Shown one piece after another: positions 1 to 12,693 of a stretch of 64,000 nt of DNA (positions are counted from its first letter, which is position 1; each line of letters begins with the position of its first letter). The stretch lies in NCBI GenBank assembly GCA_951406725.2, contig OX597815.1, forward strand, positions 87,172,001 through 87,236,000. The letters are read 5' to 3'. The notes beneath the pieces are model-generated. The model was not told where the DNA came from. It worked only from the letters and a program-made list of their open reading frames with translations, and did not search any database. The DNA is from Octopus vulgaris (taxonomy: Eukaryota). The position numbers and the translations under genes are program-made.

Positions 1-9
1 TGAAATATT

Positions 10-57
10 AAAATAAAAAAATTAAAATTAGATTCTTGAACTCTGCTCAGTTTTATT
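10..57 (-). terminator. Candidate polyadenylation signal with U-rich downstream element
   Basis: Plus-strand tttatt at 52-57 is AATAAA on minus, followed about 25-45 nt downstream by a T-rich tract (plus A-rich 10-30). Confidence 0.45.
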
Positions 58-125
58 GAAATGTTATAACAGAAAAGAAATAAAAATGCATGTGTGTGTG
101 TGTGTGTGTGAACATGTATGTGCAT

Positions 126-187
<62 letters not shown>

Positions 188-633
188 TTTTTATTTAATG
201 AAAAGTGACTGACAGGAATAGTTCTGTGACATTCATGGAATTTCATCAGAGAATGGAATATCCATGATGGTTCCTCACTTATATAAGTTTGTGTTTAAGT
301 GGGCTTAGACAAGACTACTAACTGTCTTGTCCAGTCTCACATGGGTATGTGGGGGAGTAATTGCCATTACTAATGTTGTCCAACTTTCTGATGAATTTTC
401 CATTATTCTAACCAGAATAATTAATATTGCAAGAGTCACTTCTTATTAAATAAATTACTATACTCTTCTTGGTGTACTGAATACCTTGCTTTAATTGATT
501 TCTAATACAATTAATAACAACAATAATGTACATGCATATACACATATACAAACATGCACACACACATACACACATATCAGTTTAAGTCATTGAAATATAT
601 ATGTATATCATCATAAATATATATATATGCATG

Positions 634-667
<34 letters not shown>

Positions 668-1634
668 GATTTTGCAGCCCATCAAAACCTGAATGAACTG
701 TTTTCAATGCTGGAATGCCCAACTTACTCTAAAACTGACAAAAGAATGAACTATTTCATAAAGAAGATCACAGATTAAAATACATTTCAATAAACCAATA
801 CACAGCTAAAAGCATCATTTGCCAACGATATCAACATTTTTTACCCCCAAAAATCCTTTGCACTTTTCCCCTACAACCCAAATTTTCAATTGCAAAAGAC
901 ACAAAGATGAATATAATTTGACAAGCAGACATATGTTTGTGACACACAGGATAAAATCTGTACATAAGTGATCAACAATTTAGTTAGCTTTTATTAAATC
1001 ATACAGAAGTTACTGGAAACTTTTACAGGTTGAATGTTAACAAAATATTTCTGCAAGAAACAGAATTCTTACCACAAAGATAAGTAGATAGGTAAACAGG
1101 CATGTATTCAGAATGTATGTGTGTGTGTATGTGTGTGTACATGTGTGTGTGTGTGAGTGTTTTGTTTTATTTTTCCAGTGTAACAGAACAAGAAAAAAAC
1201 ATGTAAAAAAAGAACAAACTTCAGTTTTAAACTGAAAGCTTTTATCATGGTTAAAATAAAAACAGCCTATAACAAAAGGTGGGGGTATATAACAGGCATA
1301 AGGAAGATGAGGCTTTCAAGATTGCAATCAATATGATTTAGGGGAATTAATCAACTGATCAAGTAAACAGCCATCGATGGGACGAGGGCTCCACTTTCAT
1401 TCATACAATCAAATACTTACAAACTATTACAGACTTGTGTCTGACAGTTTAACTGAAAGAGGAGAGGGGTTATAGCACATTCTTTTCTTCTTCTTGTCCT
1501 TTATTTTTCATCATCATTAATATATTTATTATGTTATTATTATAATTATTATTATCATATCATCATTATTAAAATTATCATTATTTTTACATAGGAATCT
1601 CTGGGTTGAAAGTGATGAAAAGGAAGAATTCCTC
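30..1634 (-). other. SLK: Probable SLK 3' UTR with (TG)n tracts
   Basis: Lies downstream of the stop, with no recognisable transposon. Minus-strand AATAAA occurs at 57-52 and near 190, 990 and 1500-1530. The 3' end is inferred. Confidence 0.55.
130..186. repeat. (CA)n microsatellite
   Basis: Perfect dinucleotide run. Confidence 0.95.
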
Positions 1635-1790
1635 CTATATAATTGTTGAGTGCCGAACTGAGGAAGAATCCTTCTTTCGTAGACTTCCAGGACTGAGACT
1701 CGATTCAGAGTTGCCATCACCTGAACCTAATGTGTTACCATAAAACTTTTCTTGATCTTCTTTCTGGTGGAAAAACTCTTCTTCTAGTTT
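1635..1790 (-). CDS. SLK: SLK terminal coding exon: KLEEEFFHQKEDQEKFYGNTLGSGDGNSESSLSPGSLRKKDSSSVRHSTII*
   Basis: tttatgcAG acceptor, 52 codons ending in TAG at 1637-1635. 'LEEEF....EQE.F' resembles the SLK C-terminus. Confidence 0.92.
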   Translation of the reverse strand, partial: KLEEEFFHQKEDQEKFYGNTLGSGDGNSESSLSPGSLRKKDSSSVRHSTII

Positions 1791-1938
1791 CTGCATAAAA
1801 TAAAATTACAAATTTAAGAGCTTGAAACAAAGCAGTAAATCAAAGATTCAATTAAAAAAACTCAAGCAAATATTATATAATGAACGATTTAGTCATTAAA
1901 ATTACTGTCATATTGAAAGATCCAATGCATTGACTTAC

Positions 1939-2052
1939 CTGTTTCCGCGGAATCAACTCACTTTTCCATTTACGTAGTTCATTTTGATACTGGTCATCTA
2001 ATTCTTTAATCTTTTGAGTTTCATGCTCCATCAACATCTTGCGTTTCTCAGC
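1939..2052 (-). CDS. SLK: SLK exon: AEKRKMLMEHETQKIKELDDQYQNELRKWKSELIPRKQ
   Basis: ttctattcAG acceptor, GTAAGT donor, 114 nt, phase 0-0. Resembles SLK 'NEK.HLL.EHETQKLKELDE....EL.EW...L.PRK'. Confidence 0.95.
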
Positions 2053-2679
2053 CTGAATAGAAAAATATTTATGGAGTATTCTCATGATTGATCTCTATCC
2101 TAGCTACAAATCATTACATCACATTCCCACAAACACAACCCCACTCCACTTATTGCTGTCCTTGTTACCATCCACAACAATCACATGTCCATGTCACACT
2201 CACCACTACAAACACTACTATCCTAGCCCACCACATACCACCATCATATCTATACCAACGTCATCTCTATTCTACAAACCATTCACTAACATCATATGTC
2301 CATACATACCACCATATTAGCTACCATTTACAACCATTATATTTATACTATATTGACCAACTTATACTCAAGCTGCCATCTGATACCAAAATATGTCTTC
2401 AAGCATTGCTTGTCAATACTAACATTTACTAGAACCCAAAGTCACATTCATAAGAAAACCTGATTGGCAAAAATTCCCTTTCTGGATTGAGCTTCATTTG
2501 ATTCTGCTGCCTTGGTCTTGATCAAATTATTCATCTCAATAATTCCCTCCCTTCCCCTAAGGACTTGCACAGACTATGGGGAATGCTTTTATTTCATAGA
2601 TATATTACTAACCCAATTTAGTTTACATTGTCCCTCAACCATCACAATCACCATTAAAATTAAAACTGCTTTAAGTTAC

Positions 2680-2805
2680 CTGTATTTGTTCCAACTCCTT
2701 GAGAGCGGTCTCATTGTCCAAGAGCAATTTATCCCATTGCTTCTTGTGTTTAGCTTCTAGACGTGCAAACTCAGATTTCATCCGTTTCTTTTCATTTTCT
2801 TCAAA
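2680..2805 (-). CDS. SLK: SLK exon: FEENEKKRMKSEFARLEAKHKKQWDKLLLDNETALKELEQIQ
   Basis: ttacAG acceptor, GTAACT donor, 126 nt, phase 0-0. Resembles SLK 'F..QEEKRQK.E.....KHE.Q........E....EL.QLQ'. Confidence 0.93.
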
Positions 2806-4327
2806 CTGTAACCAAAGGAAAATGCAACAGTGTAAATGCAAGAAAAAAAAATCAGCTCAGTCACCATCTATGCATATGGAAGGTTGTGGGTAATGCTAAA
2901 CAACAGAGTACCTACTTTTCAACAATGTCACACTACACTATGTAACAGCTACATAAAAATCGAAGCTATAACAAGGGTGTAGTCTTTTTATAACCACATT
3001 CTCACAGGCAATACACAAGCCTCTCTCCTTCACTCTCCTACTCACACACATACATACATCATTTTCCACAAATAGATACTAATTAGATCATTAGTCAAGA
3101 GATTGAATTCAATCAAAAGGGAAATGTCAAGAAAACAAGCAAATAATTGTTCAGAGAGTTGGCATTTATTTATTTTAGTAATGAGAAAGTGCCATGCCTC
3201 TGAGCCTTTCTAGAATGTCTGAAACTGATGGAAAGGAGGGAGAAATGTTTCTCCAAACTGAATATTTAGTCTGGATGTTCTCATCAAAGTGGATTCAACT
3301 AAAGGCACCCAAGGACCCAGTGCAATGCATTAAATCTATAACACAAGTAGGCCAAAACAGGATTTGAACTTTAAACACAAAATTCAGAACAAACTCCACA
3401 AAGCATCACTTCCTACACTAATGATTCTATTGGTCCACTGTTTGAGATGAGCACTTTATTTATCAACCCTAGAAGGATGAAAGGCAAAGTAGCCTCAGTG
3501 AGATTACAAGAGATGTAGTAAGAATAAATATTGTCAATTCACTTCATTATAATTCAGTATGGTAATGTAACATAACACAGAGCTAATATCTAAAGCAATT
3601 AGTGAAATAAAGTAACATTCAATGACAGTAGCAATCATTCTTAGCCATTTCACTGTGACCATGGCAATGACCATTCTCACAAGGCTTGGTCCATCTGTCT
3701 ACAAATAGGCACCATATGGAAGCATAGCTCATGACTGTAAGTTGTAAGAACACTGTACACTTTGACAGGCTTCAGTGGCTTGCAGCGTTACCATAAAACT
3801 ATACAGTAGGGGTAGCTGGCAGAAGCAGGGGGCCTTTCTTGATGCCAATGTGTGGAGAGATTCATGTGCTCATTAATAGATGTATGCAAATACAAAAAAA
3901 AAAAATCAAGCTAGTGATTCCACAGATCTGTGCAAGATAAATATTAATTAATTGCACATTCAACAAAGGGATAATTTTACTAACCTTCAGAGAAAGAATA
4001 AAATTATAATTTCTAACGTTAACACAAGGAAACATGTTCATGTAGCCCATTGATTCAATGAGTGGAATTTATTTTAAACAACCCTCCCAGGGGATGACAA
4101 AGCAAAGTTAACTCAAGTGTGATTTCAATTCAAGACAGAAAGAGACAAAACAAAATAGCCCAGTAATTCTGCCAAGGCACAGTTTCTATAAGAATTTATA
4201 ACTTCACTCAGTAAAATCTAATTAATAAAATAATTGATATCATCTAATGGTTAAATTAATGAAAAACAAAATTCCAACTAAACATGTAAATAGAATACTA
4301 GAAATATGAAAGAAACAATTATCTTAC

Positions 4328-4516
4328 CTGTTTCATCTTGACTCTGTCTTCTTCAGGTGTTCCAACGGTGCTCAGCCGTAAACTCTGTTTGAACATCTGG
4401 GCACGGATTTTTGATTGGCTCTTAATCACTTTTGGATGGCGCCTCTTGTCAAGAATTTGGTAGCGCTGAGTTTCTTCTTCCTTGGCTGCATTACTTCGTT
4501 TCATTTGTTCAATTTC
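4328..4516 (-). CDS. SLK: SLK exon: EIEQMKRSNAAKEEETQRYQILDKRRHPKVIKSQSKIRAQMFKQSLRLSTVGTPEEDRVKMKQ
   Basis: tctctctcAG acceptor, GTAAGA donor, 189 nt, phase 0-0. Resembles SLK 'RLPKIQRSEAKTRMAMFKKSLRI...TPDQDRDKIKQ'. Confidence 0.95.
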
Positions 4517-4883
4517 CTGAGAGAGAGACATGTACCAATTCAAAACTACAGAACATGGATTAGACTATGAAATACATAGATTCAGCAAGTAAAAAGGCCA
4601 AAAAAAAAGGACTTAGAGACTAAACAAAGAAGTTGCAAGGTTATATACTGAGGCTAATGGTGATGATGAGGAAAATTAATGAAGACGGTGATGATGAGGA
4701 AGATTAAAGGGGATGGTGATGATGAAGAAGACTAAAGGGGATAAGATTGAGCTGGTGATGATTATTAATCTGAAGGTGATCCTTAAGGGGCAAAAGGTGG
4801 TAAAGATGAGACTGAAAATTGTTATTATTGTAAAATATAGCCTAAACGAAAAAAAATCAAAATGCTTAAATCAATGATTTTAC

Positions 4884-5008
4884 CTTTACATGCCGGTTAA
4901 GCATTTGATGTCTTTTAAGGAAGAACAAGTCTTTCAGCTGACCTTTCTCTTGTTGGTGTTTATCATGGAGTTGGTTCTTTTCCATTTCCCATAAAGCAGC
5001 TTCTCGAG
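4884..5008 (-). CDS. SLK: SLK exon: (A)REAALWEMEKNQLHDKHQQEKGQLKDLFFLKRHQMLNRHVK
   Basis: gttttAG acceptor, GTAAAA donor, 125 nt, phase 1 to 0. Carries the SLK/LOK motif 'AREAAIWELEE..L.EKHQL.K.QLKD.YF..RHQ.L.RH.K'. Confidence 0.95.
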
Positions 5009-5777
5009 CTAAAACATAACAATTCAGAAATTAATAGAATTCAATAGACAGCTTTTGAAGAGCTCATATACTTAATGTTTATAGGTTATTAGCTGCACAA
5101 GTAAGTGTCCTTCAATATATATATGTGCATGGTGTGTGTGTGTACATGCACCTGTTCATGTATGTGTATGCATGTATATGGTAAACAACATATTTGTCCA
5201 CGTGCAATTTTGTGCATTTCAATATGGATACATTTCCCTGCATCTATGTATACAGGTTTTTGTGTGCAGCATATTTTTCCTGTTGCTGAGCCCTTATTTA
5301 GTAAGTCTATGTTCAAAGGTGTTCTGACTATGACAGTCCTGACTTTTGTTTTTAGAAACACTGAATCCAGGACTTCACCATCCAATATGTTTTTTGAAAG
5401 ATGGTCTGGTATGATCTGACTGAGATTTGTTGCTATTTATAACAAGTCAAGAAACCATACAATGCTGCCTCATTGGCCCATGTGTGTGTGGTCATATTAT
5501 ATGCATGAGTGGAGCAATAACATATGCATGTATATGTGTGCATTCACATGTACATGTGCTTGAACATGTGAGTGAAGAGAGGAAAGGAATATACAATAAT
5601 TGTAATAAGAAAGGAATTGAAATAAGACAGTTTCAGAGGAGACAGTACATTACATAAACACACATACAACATAGAGACATTCACACACATACAAGTGTTA
5701 AGTGACACAAACATGCATATGTATGAGTACATTCACACACACATACACAGATCTTAGAAATAGATGTTTAGAATTAC

Positions 5778-5907
5778 CTCGCAGAAGTTGCTGTTTCTGT
5801 TGAAGGTATTGACTCTCCAATAAAGCTATCTTCTGTCGGTGCTGGTCAGTTAATTGTTTCATATGTTTTTCCATTCTTTCTCTTTGGTTCTCTAAAAACT
5901 GGCGTTC
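5778..5907 (-). CDS. SLK: SLK exon: ERQFLENQRERMEKHMKQLTDQHRQKIALLESQYLQQKQQLLR
   Basis: tttctcAG acceptor, GTAATT donor, 130 nt, phase 0 to 1. Lies within ORF 5698..6072. Confidence 0.93.
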
Positions 5908-6123
5908 CTGAGAAATCAAACATTGGTAAGATATGTAATAAACATTGTTGACAATTGATGTAACTTCTAAAAAAGAAACCACATCTGATGATAAAACATG
6001 CAACATTAGGAATATATAATGCTGGTAATAAGGGTTCTGAGATTCAATTACATTATTATGATCATGAGTCACTCATTCAGTCAGTGCCGATTTAAAAAAA
6101 AAAAAGCAAAAAAAAAAATTGAA

Positions 6124-6256
6124 TAGCGGTTCGGCAAAAGAGACCGATAGAATAAGTACTGGGCTTACAAAGAATAAGTCCCGGGGTCGATTTGCTCGAC
6201 TAAAGGCGGTGCTCCAGCATGGCTGCAGTCAAAATGACTCAAACAAGTAAAAGAAT
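6124..6256 (+). mobile_element. 3' half of SINE family A
   Basis: agcggttcggcaaaagagaccgatagaataagtact...cagtcaaaatgactcaaacaagtaaaagaa matches 18345-18475 (+) and 56210-56345 (-). Confidence 0.8.
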
Positions 6257-6871
6257 TATTAACAACACATCAGGTTTGTACATAGACAAATGGTCTGCAA
6301 AGTTTCTACACTAGGAAAATGACTAACATGAAATAGTTGAAAGTATGGGAGTGTGCCAGAAGTAACTGGAATACCAGTGAGGTGTCCAAAATATGGATTA
6401 ACTTACAGGAAAAGAAAAGAAAGCAATTAAGAGTCTTCACAATGAAAGATTAACTGAACAAAGTTAAAGAATGACTAAAATAGGGATAGTGCACAGCTAG
6501 ATTGGCTAGTTGAGCTACCAAAGTAACCGAGATCAGATGACAGAGTGTAATAAAACTTTTAAGAGTATGATGAATTCAAGGAGAAGGGCAAGGCATTATG
6601 TGATAGTGATTATTGTGAGGCTGCTATTAACAGGATGGCTCAGTGTTATGTGAATACTCAGTAAGTTAATTAGATAATAGATATTATAGGAAGCTATAAC
6701 AAGGCACTTCATTCCACATGTTTAAGTGTACCTGGCTGAGAAATAATCCCCCCACCTCATCCCAACTATGACAAACTTTACTAATGACTACATTTGCAAA
6801 CCTTTGAAATAATGAAAACTAAAACAAATTCAAAACATTTTTTTTAAAGCCAAAGAAAAAGAAAAAACTAC

Positions 6872-7015
6872 CTTATCTGCCAATTCAATTTCCTTTTCTT
6901 CTTTTCGCTTCCGTAATGATTCTTTTTTAGTATCTTTCGGTAGAAGGTCTAATTCTTGTTTTAAGAGCTTCATGTCCTGCCTTTGTTGTTCTTTGAAAAT
7001 CTTTAACTCTTTTTC
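6872..7015 (-). CDS. SLK: SLK exon: EKELKIFKEQQRQDMKLLKQELDLLPKDTKKESLRKRKEEKEIELADK
   Basis: ttttcAG acceptor, GTAGTT donor, 144 nt, phase 0-0. Open frame not in the ORF track. Resembles SLK 'EKEL..F......K.....E....PKE.RKE....RKEE'. Confidence 0.92.
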
Positions 7016-7920
7016 CTGAAAGTTAATAAAAAAGGGAGTTGATTAGCATATAATAAATCAGATGAGAAGTATTGAATTAAACTAATTTACTAAACAACAA
7101 TATTGTAAACTTCTGCTGTCATCAACATCATGCTCAACAAATCTGTCATGGATTACTAATTTGTAGTTAACAGCCAGTGCTACAGACTTAATTAGTATTT
7201 TATGAGGTTTATAAGCTACCAATGAACTTTAAATTAAAAACTAACATAAGCTACATAATATTATTAAACATTGATGAATATCATAAAAAGGAAGAAACTA
7301 TATAGTATAAAATTTACAGTATGTTGTTTCAGTTTCTGAGTTCAAATCTTACTAAAATTAACTTTATAGGTCATGATTCTTACTTCAATAAAAGAGTATC
7401 AATCATGTACTGAGATCGATACAAGTGACCGTAACTTCCCTTTATAAATTCATGTTCTTCTGTCAAAGAAATCAATACTTAAACATTGACGTATTGAGCA
7501 GTTAGCTACCACATAGGCAAGATTTGAGAACTATTACTAAGAACACACACACACACTTGCATGTGTGCCTGCATACAAATTTTGTTTCTTTTTCTGAAAC
7601 TATGAAGCTAACTCATGTACTTCATGACATGTTTACTGCGACAGGGGGAACTAAAAGGGGAAAGAAATATCTTTTGAGTTTAGATAGACTAAATCAACTG
7701 TATTATCTTACAAATACTCATTTTATCATTTTTGTAGAGATGAAACTCAAAGACAAACCAAGCAGAATTTGAATTCTCAGTTAGGATATCTAAACCTTAA
7801 CAGTTGAGCATTTACTCAACCCATAAAGAATTGTCCACTGCCCTAATATAAATTATTTCTTTTGATTGTGTACAACTTTTTTTTGGTTTATTTGTTTATT
7901 TAATTTGCAAACATCAATTC

Positions 7921-8410
7921 TACAAGGGGAAGTCAAAAATTATCCACACTTTTGCCATAATACCTTTATTATTATCACACTGCCATCTGTGCATGTGTGC
8001 TTATAGTTGGTACTATTGTGGTCATGTGATCAAAATTTGAGCCTGATTGCACCATTTTTCTTACTGGCTTTACAGTATAAGCATGACCACTCCACTAGCA
8101 ATGTTCACCAAAGAAGAACAAAGAGCAGTGATCTAATTTCTCTGGTCGGAAGGTGTGTCGGGTGCTGAAATTCATCAGAGGCTTTTAGCACAATACAGGG
8201 ACAGTGCACAACTGTGTAGAAGTGGGTATGAGTGGATTGAGAAGTTTAAAAGTGGCTGGACAGGCGTGACACAAAGAATGAGCAGAACACCTGTCAACCT
8301 CCACCACTGACAAGAAGATTCAGCTACCTCAAAAGATGGTAATGGTGAACTGGTTCACCATAACCATCTCTCAGACCACTGCTCTCTGTTCTTCTTTGTT
8401 GCACATTTAA
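7921..8410 (+). mobile_element. Mariner (Tc1/mariner) 5' fragment, inactive
   Basis: Begins TA-CAAGGGGAAGTCAAAAATTATCC (TIR-like). From about 8082 it reads MTTPLAMFTKEEQRAVI*FLWSEGVSGAEIHQRLLAQY...YEWIEKFKSG, a mariner N-terminal HTH with an internal stop. Confidence 0.85.
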
Positions 8411-10162
8411 TCAGCTCCGTTGTCTTAACCATACAAAACCAACAGTGAGGATTTCTTTTTTGGTTAAAAGGTCAGATACATGCAATATATATTGCAGGAA
8501 CTTATTTTATTGATCTCAGATGGCAAAGAAGTCAAAAACCAATCAACTATAAACTAATTTCAGTAAAGTACCTAGTCCAGTGCTATACTGTCTTTGCTAT
8601 CTCTGCCACACATTATTACTGCTACTAATAATAATGTAAGTGGAGATATAGTAGAACCAACAGAATTCCAGGTTGAATGCTTTAGTTATGTCCCTTTACA
8701 TTTTGAATTCAAATCTTACCACCAGGGTTCACTTCCAGGATCAATAAAATAAGTACCAGTTGCATGGGAGTCTCAACTTAAACAATTATATTCCCATCTT
8801 CCCAAATGTAGTAGTAGTAGTAGCAGCAGCAGCAGTAGTACCACCACTACTACTAGCAGTTGTTTCTGACAGAGGCCCAAGGCCACAAATTTCGTGAACA
8901 GATGGGAAGGATGCAGAGTAATATCTTAAAAGCAAAACCTATGCTTCATGTAGAAACAAGATCACATCCATAGTTTTAGTCAAAATAAAAGAACTGGGAA
9001 GATACTGTTCATAGTACAAGACCAGATTTTGAATATTTTACCAAATGTGTATTTCTAAGATAAAAATATTAATAACAAATGCCCTGTAGGCCACACTTCT
9101 AATGAGGGTGTATGTCACACAATTAGATTACTTTAACGCCTAAAGAATATTTATGCAGGCACACAAAAAAAAAATAACATGGTTGATTTGCAAGGATCTA
9201 TAGCTTGAGATGACTGAGTGCTTATTTAAGCATGTTTCAAGTATGGCTGCAAACATTGGTAACATAAAATTTTGTAGACCATATCTGTCAACATAGAAAA
9301 GGCAAAGTAACAGCTTTAGTAATCTAAGAGAAAACAATGAAGAACATAGTCTCATTAATGTAGCTGCTAAAGATGATGCTAATCTTTTAATAAATGACAT
9401 CAAGAAGACTAATAACTGTTGCAGATTGGCTATTAAAATCAAAAGAAGTGAGACACTAAAAAGGAAATAATGCCAATTGTTATACAAGCTCTTGGTAAAC
9501 TTAAATAATTCAACAGACACCTCAAGCAACTCCCCAGCAAATCCTGTGCCAAACAAATGAAGAAGGTTATAGACTTGGGAATAAATTCTTCCAGTGAAGT
9601 TTAGGTCTCTAATTGAGACCCGGTTACTTTATAAAGACCAATTTAACTGGTGAGAAATGGGAATAACAATACTAGCAATAATAATTACAATGACAATGCT
9701 AATAGTGATAAAAATGGCAGCTGCAGTGGTGTACCATTTAGCCCTATGTCAGCTCTGCGTCAAGCTGGCCTATGATTAAAGACACTCTACTTGTGACCAA
9801 TAAGTCTTTCTATACTGTTTATTTTTAGACTACGTTATCCAATATATTGTTCTTTTTTTCAAAGATGATAGGTCTGATCAGAGAGAGATTTTGGACAATT
9901 TCTAGAAACTCTCTCACTGGCTTGTGATGATCAAATTAGTGAAGATGTGAATGATGACCCTTTTCTAGCGTTAGTAAAAATCCACAAATTTTTAGGGAAG
10001 GGGTATAATCAGTTCCTTACCTCTACCTAATTTCGATAGGTCCTGGCAACAGGGAATGGAAAGCAATATGAGTATCAACCAAGATTTGATCTCAGAACAT
10101 AGGAACATAGCTAAATTATACATACAAGTCTTTTTTTTTTTGGCTGCTCTACTGCCTTAACA

Positions 10163-10600
10163 ATCATCATCATCATCATCGTTTAACGTCTGTTTTCCAT
10201 GCTAGCATGGGTTGGACGGTTTGACCAGGGTCTAGGAAGCCAGGAGGCTGCACCAGGCTCCAGTTTGATCTGGCAGTGTTTCTACAGCTGGATGCCCTTC
10301 CTACCGCCAACCACTCTGTGAGTGTAGTGGGTGCTTTTTACATGCCACCAGCACAGGTGCCAGGGGAGGCTGGCAATGGCCATGATCAGTTGGTGCTTTT
10401 TACATGCCACCGACACAGGTATCACAACTACAATTTTCATTTGATTTTTATTTTGATGTTGATGTACTTGACTCAGTAGGTCTCCTCAATTACAGCAGGT
10501 TGCCCTACGATCCAAGTTAAGCACAGCAGGTCGTCCTATGATCCAAGGTACTTTGAATGGGCTGGGGCTGGTTATGTGAAGCTGGTGTAGGATACATCGT
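10163..10600 (-). mobile_element. RTE-type LINE 3' UTR/tail copy ending in (GAT)n
   Basis: Nearly colinear with 55511-55880, which continues into RTE ORF sequence. (CAT)n tail on plus at about 10163-10180. Confidence 0.8.
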
Positions 10601-11739
10601 GGACTCACTAATCAAGAATCAGAGTTGCTTTAATCATAATTACTAAGTAACAAAGATATAAACTGTCTTTGTTGCTGCTAATATTATTGATATTGTTTCC
10701 ATTGTTGCTAGTGTAATATCAAATTCATCAAAGTAGACATTTAAAGAGACTGGCGTGATTTGTACTCATGAGGACAAAGGTAATTATCATTAATTAATTA
10801 TAATTAGTCAGCAATACACCAATTATCAAGATTATGTGCCAACGGTTAATATATCCAACATAATCTGTTATAATTAAACAGAACTTTGATTTACTATACT
10901 GCTTATGTTACCAAAGATATTTTCAAAAACTAGAAAGAAAAAAAAACCATAAAGGTTATTAATCCTCATCAACAAGTTTTAACTCTCAGAGTCAAGCTAT
11001 TTTGATAGCTTTTAATCCATATAAATTCAACTCTAGTTACAAGCAAGAAGATATTGTTAAACAGACCTAGATAATTATATTTGACTAATAATGCTAATTA
11101 CAAAGAGATAAAACCAGGATATTTAGATAGTTACTGGTCTTTTTCTTTAATTTCAGAATTTGATCAGATGATGGGGACTCAGATGTTTATCTATCTCTAA
11201 CTTTCAGGGTGATCAACTTCCCTTAATCAATCACAGGTGACATTTTTGTGATCAGAATTGAACTCAGCACTGCAAGCCAAAGAAATACTCCTCAATTTTA
11301 CAATGTAGCTGCTACTAACAAAATGCTGTAGTTCTTCTTCTCCTGTAGTTTATTTATAGATAGACAAAGTCATTTCAGACACAATGCAGTACAGTATCTG
11401 CCAACCTAAATTCTCCATTCATATTCTATTAATTACAAAACAACAAAAATGAACTAGAGACAATGGAAATCTAATGGATGGCTAGGATTATTCAAAGGTA
11501 GAGACCACCATTACAAAGGGCACAGACTGTAAGAATGTAATCATCTTATCCATGTTAAGATTAGTGAAAATAAAAGAACCATTAATAATTTACAATGCAC
11601 TTTCATGTGTTTCCACATTGATGGGAAAATCTGTTTCATGTATACCACTAGATGTAGTCTCCCTCAAGTCACGAAGGTGCAGTTTTGAATTTGAAATGTC
11701 AAGTGTCATTGTTATTCTTTTACTCAGAATCACTCCAGT

Positions 11740-12378
11740 CTGTTTGCTTCACAGAAGAGCAGCATTCAATATTCCATTTTCTGTGAGCTAATGGTGTATC
11801 AAGAGTTGAAATTTACTGAAGACTTTAAGCACAGTATGAGAACAATGTCACTATGGACTGTCTATGAATGAACTGAAAAGTTCAAAAATGGTCCTATCAT
11901 GGGGAGTTGGAAGTTTAACTACAATCGGTGCTAGTGGTATAACTGAATGAGTCTGAGACATGATGCATGGATGACTATTGGTAAAGTTGCATATAATATG
12001 CAAATTAGACAAGATTATGTCTATCAAATCATCCATGGCAGACTTGGCTTTAGTAAAGTTTGTACAAAATTGGTCCAAAAGGAACTCACAGTATTATGCA
12101 AACAAAATCATTTTGAAATCTGTCAACAATTTTTAGATTACAACAGTAACATAGGTGATACTTCCTTTAGAAAGAAAAAAACATCAACACTGAAGATCAG
12201 ACATGAATAATACACCACTCTGAACTTGAGAGCAAACACTAGATACAGAAAAGAAACATCTACTATCACCCTTCAGAAAAATGTTCAAAACTCAACAGTA
12301 GGAAAAATAATGCAGACAACTTTTTGGACTGACAAGGGCCAGTATCAGGAGAAGGGATCAACAGTAAACAGTACCTGT
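11740..12378 (+). mobile_element. Degraded mariner transposase
   Basis: HTH remnant, then 'IIHGRLGFSKVCTKLVQKELT' (WVPHEL-linker equivalent) and 'GKIMQTTFWTDKG..QEKGSTVNS', with many stops and frameshifts. Confidence 0.85.
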
Positions 12379-12693
12379 TTACAGGCTTTCTTACTGGTTT
12401 CATCAACCTAATTTCATTTTCAAAGTATTATCTGATCCAGAACTATAGTAGAAAACACTTGCCCAACGTACTTCACAATGTTATCAACATGAAGTCACAA
12501 TTGTGAAATGATCTTCTTAACCACACAGTGCATGTGTCAGTTTCTAGGCAATGGCACATGTTGGACCTTACATGTTATTAGAAACAATAACTATAAAACA
12601 TTCTCAACTGTTTTTTTTTTTCCTTTTATAATTTGTATAAACTTTTGGACTTAAAAATGGAGGAATTCTGAAAATATAAGAAAACAACCTCAC

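Noticed and set aside
64-246. CVCVCV, HTHTHT, RERERE and YIYIYI ORFs throughout the window
   Set aside because: They are dinucleotide microsatellite translations.
1529-1720. ORF MMATLNRVSV... as the terminal exon frame
   Set aside because: It is an alternative frame overlapping the true last exon. Splice phase and SLK similarity support KLEEEF...STII*.
10276-10479. Near-identical 67 aa ORFs at 10276 and 55617 as a duplicated small gene
   Set aside because: Both are antisense readings of the RTE 3' UTR, have GTG starts and show no exon structure.
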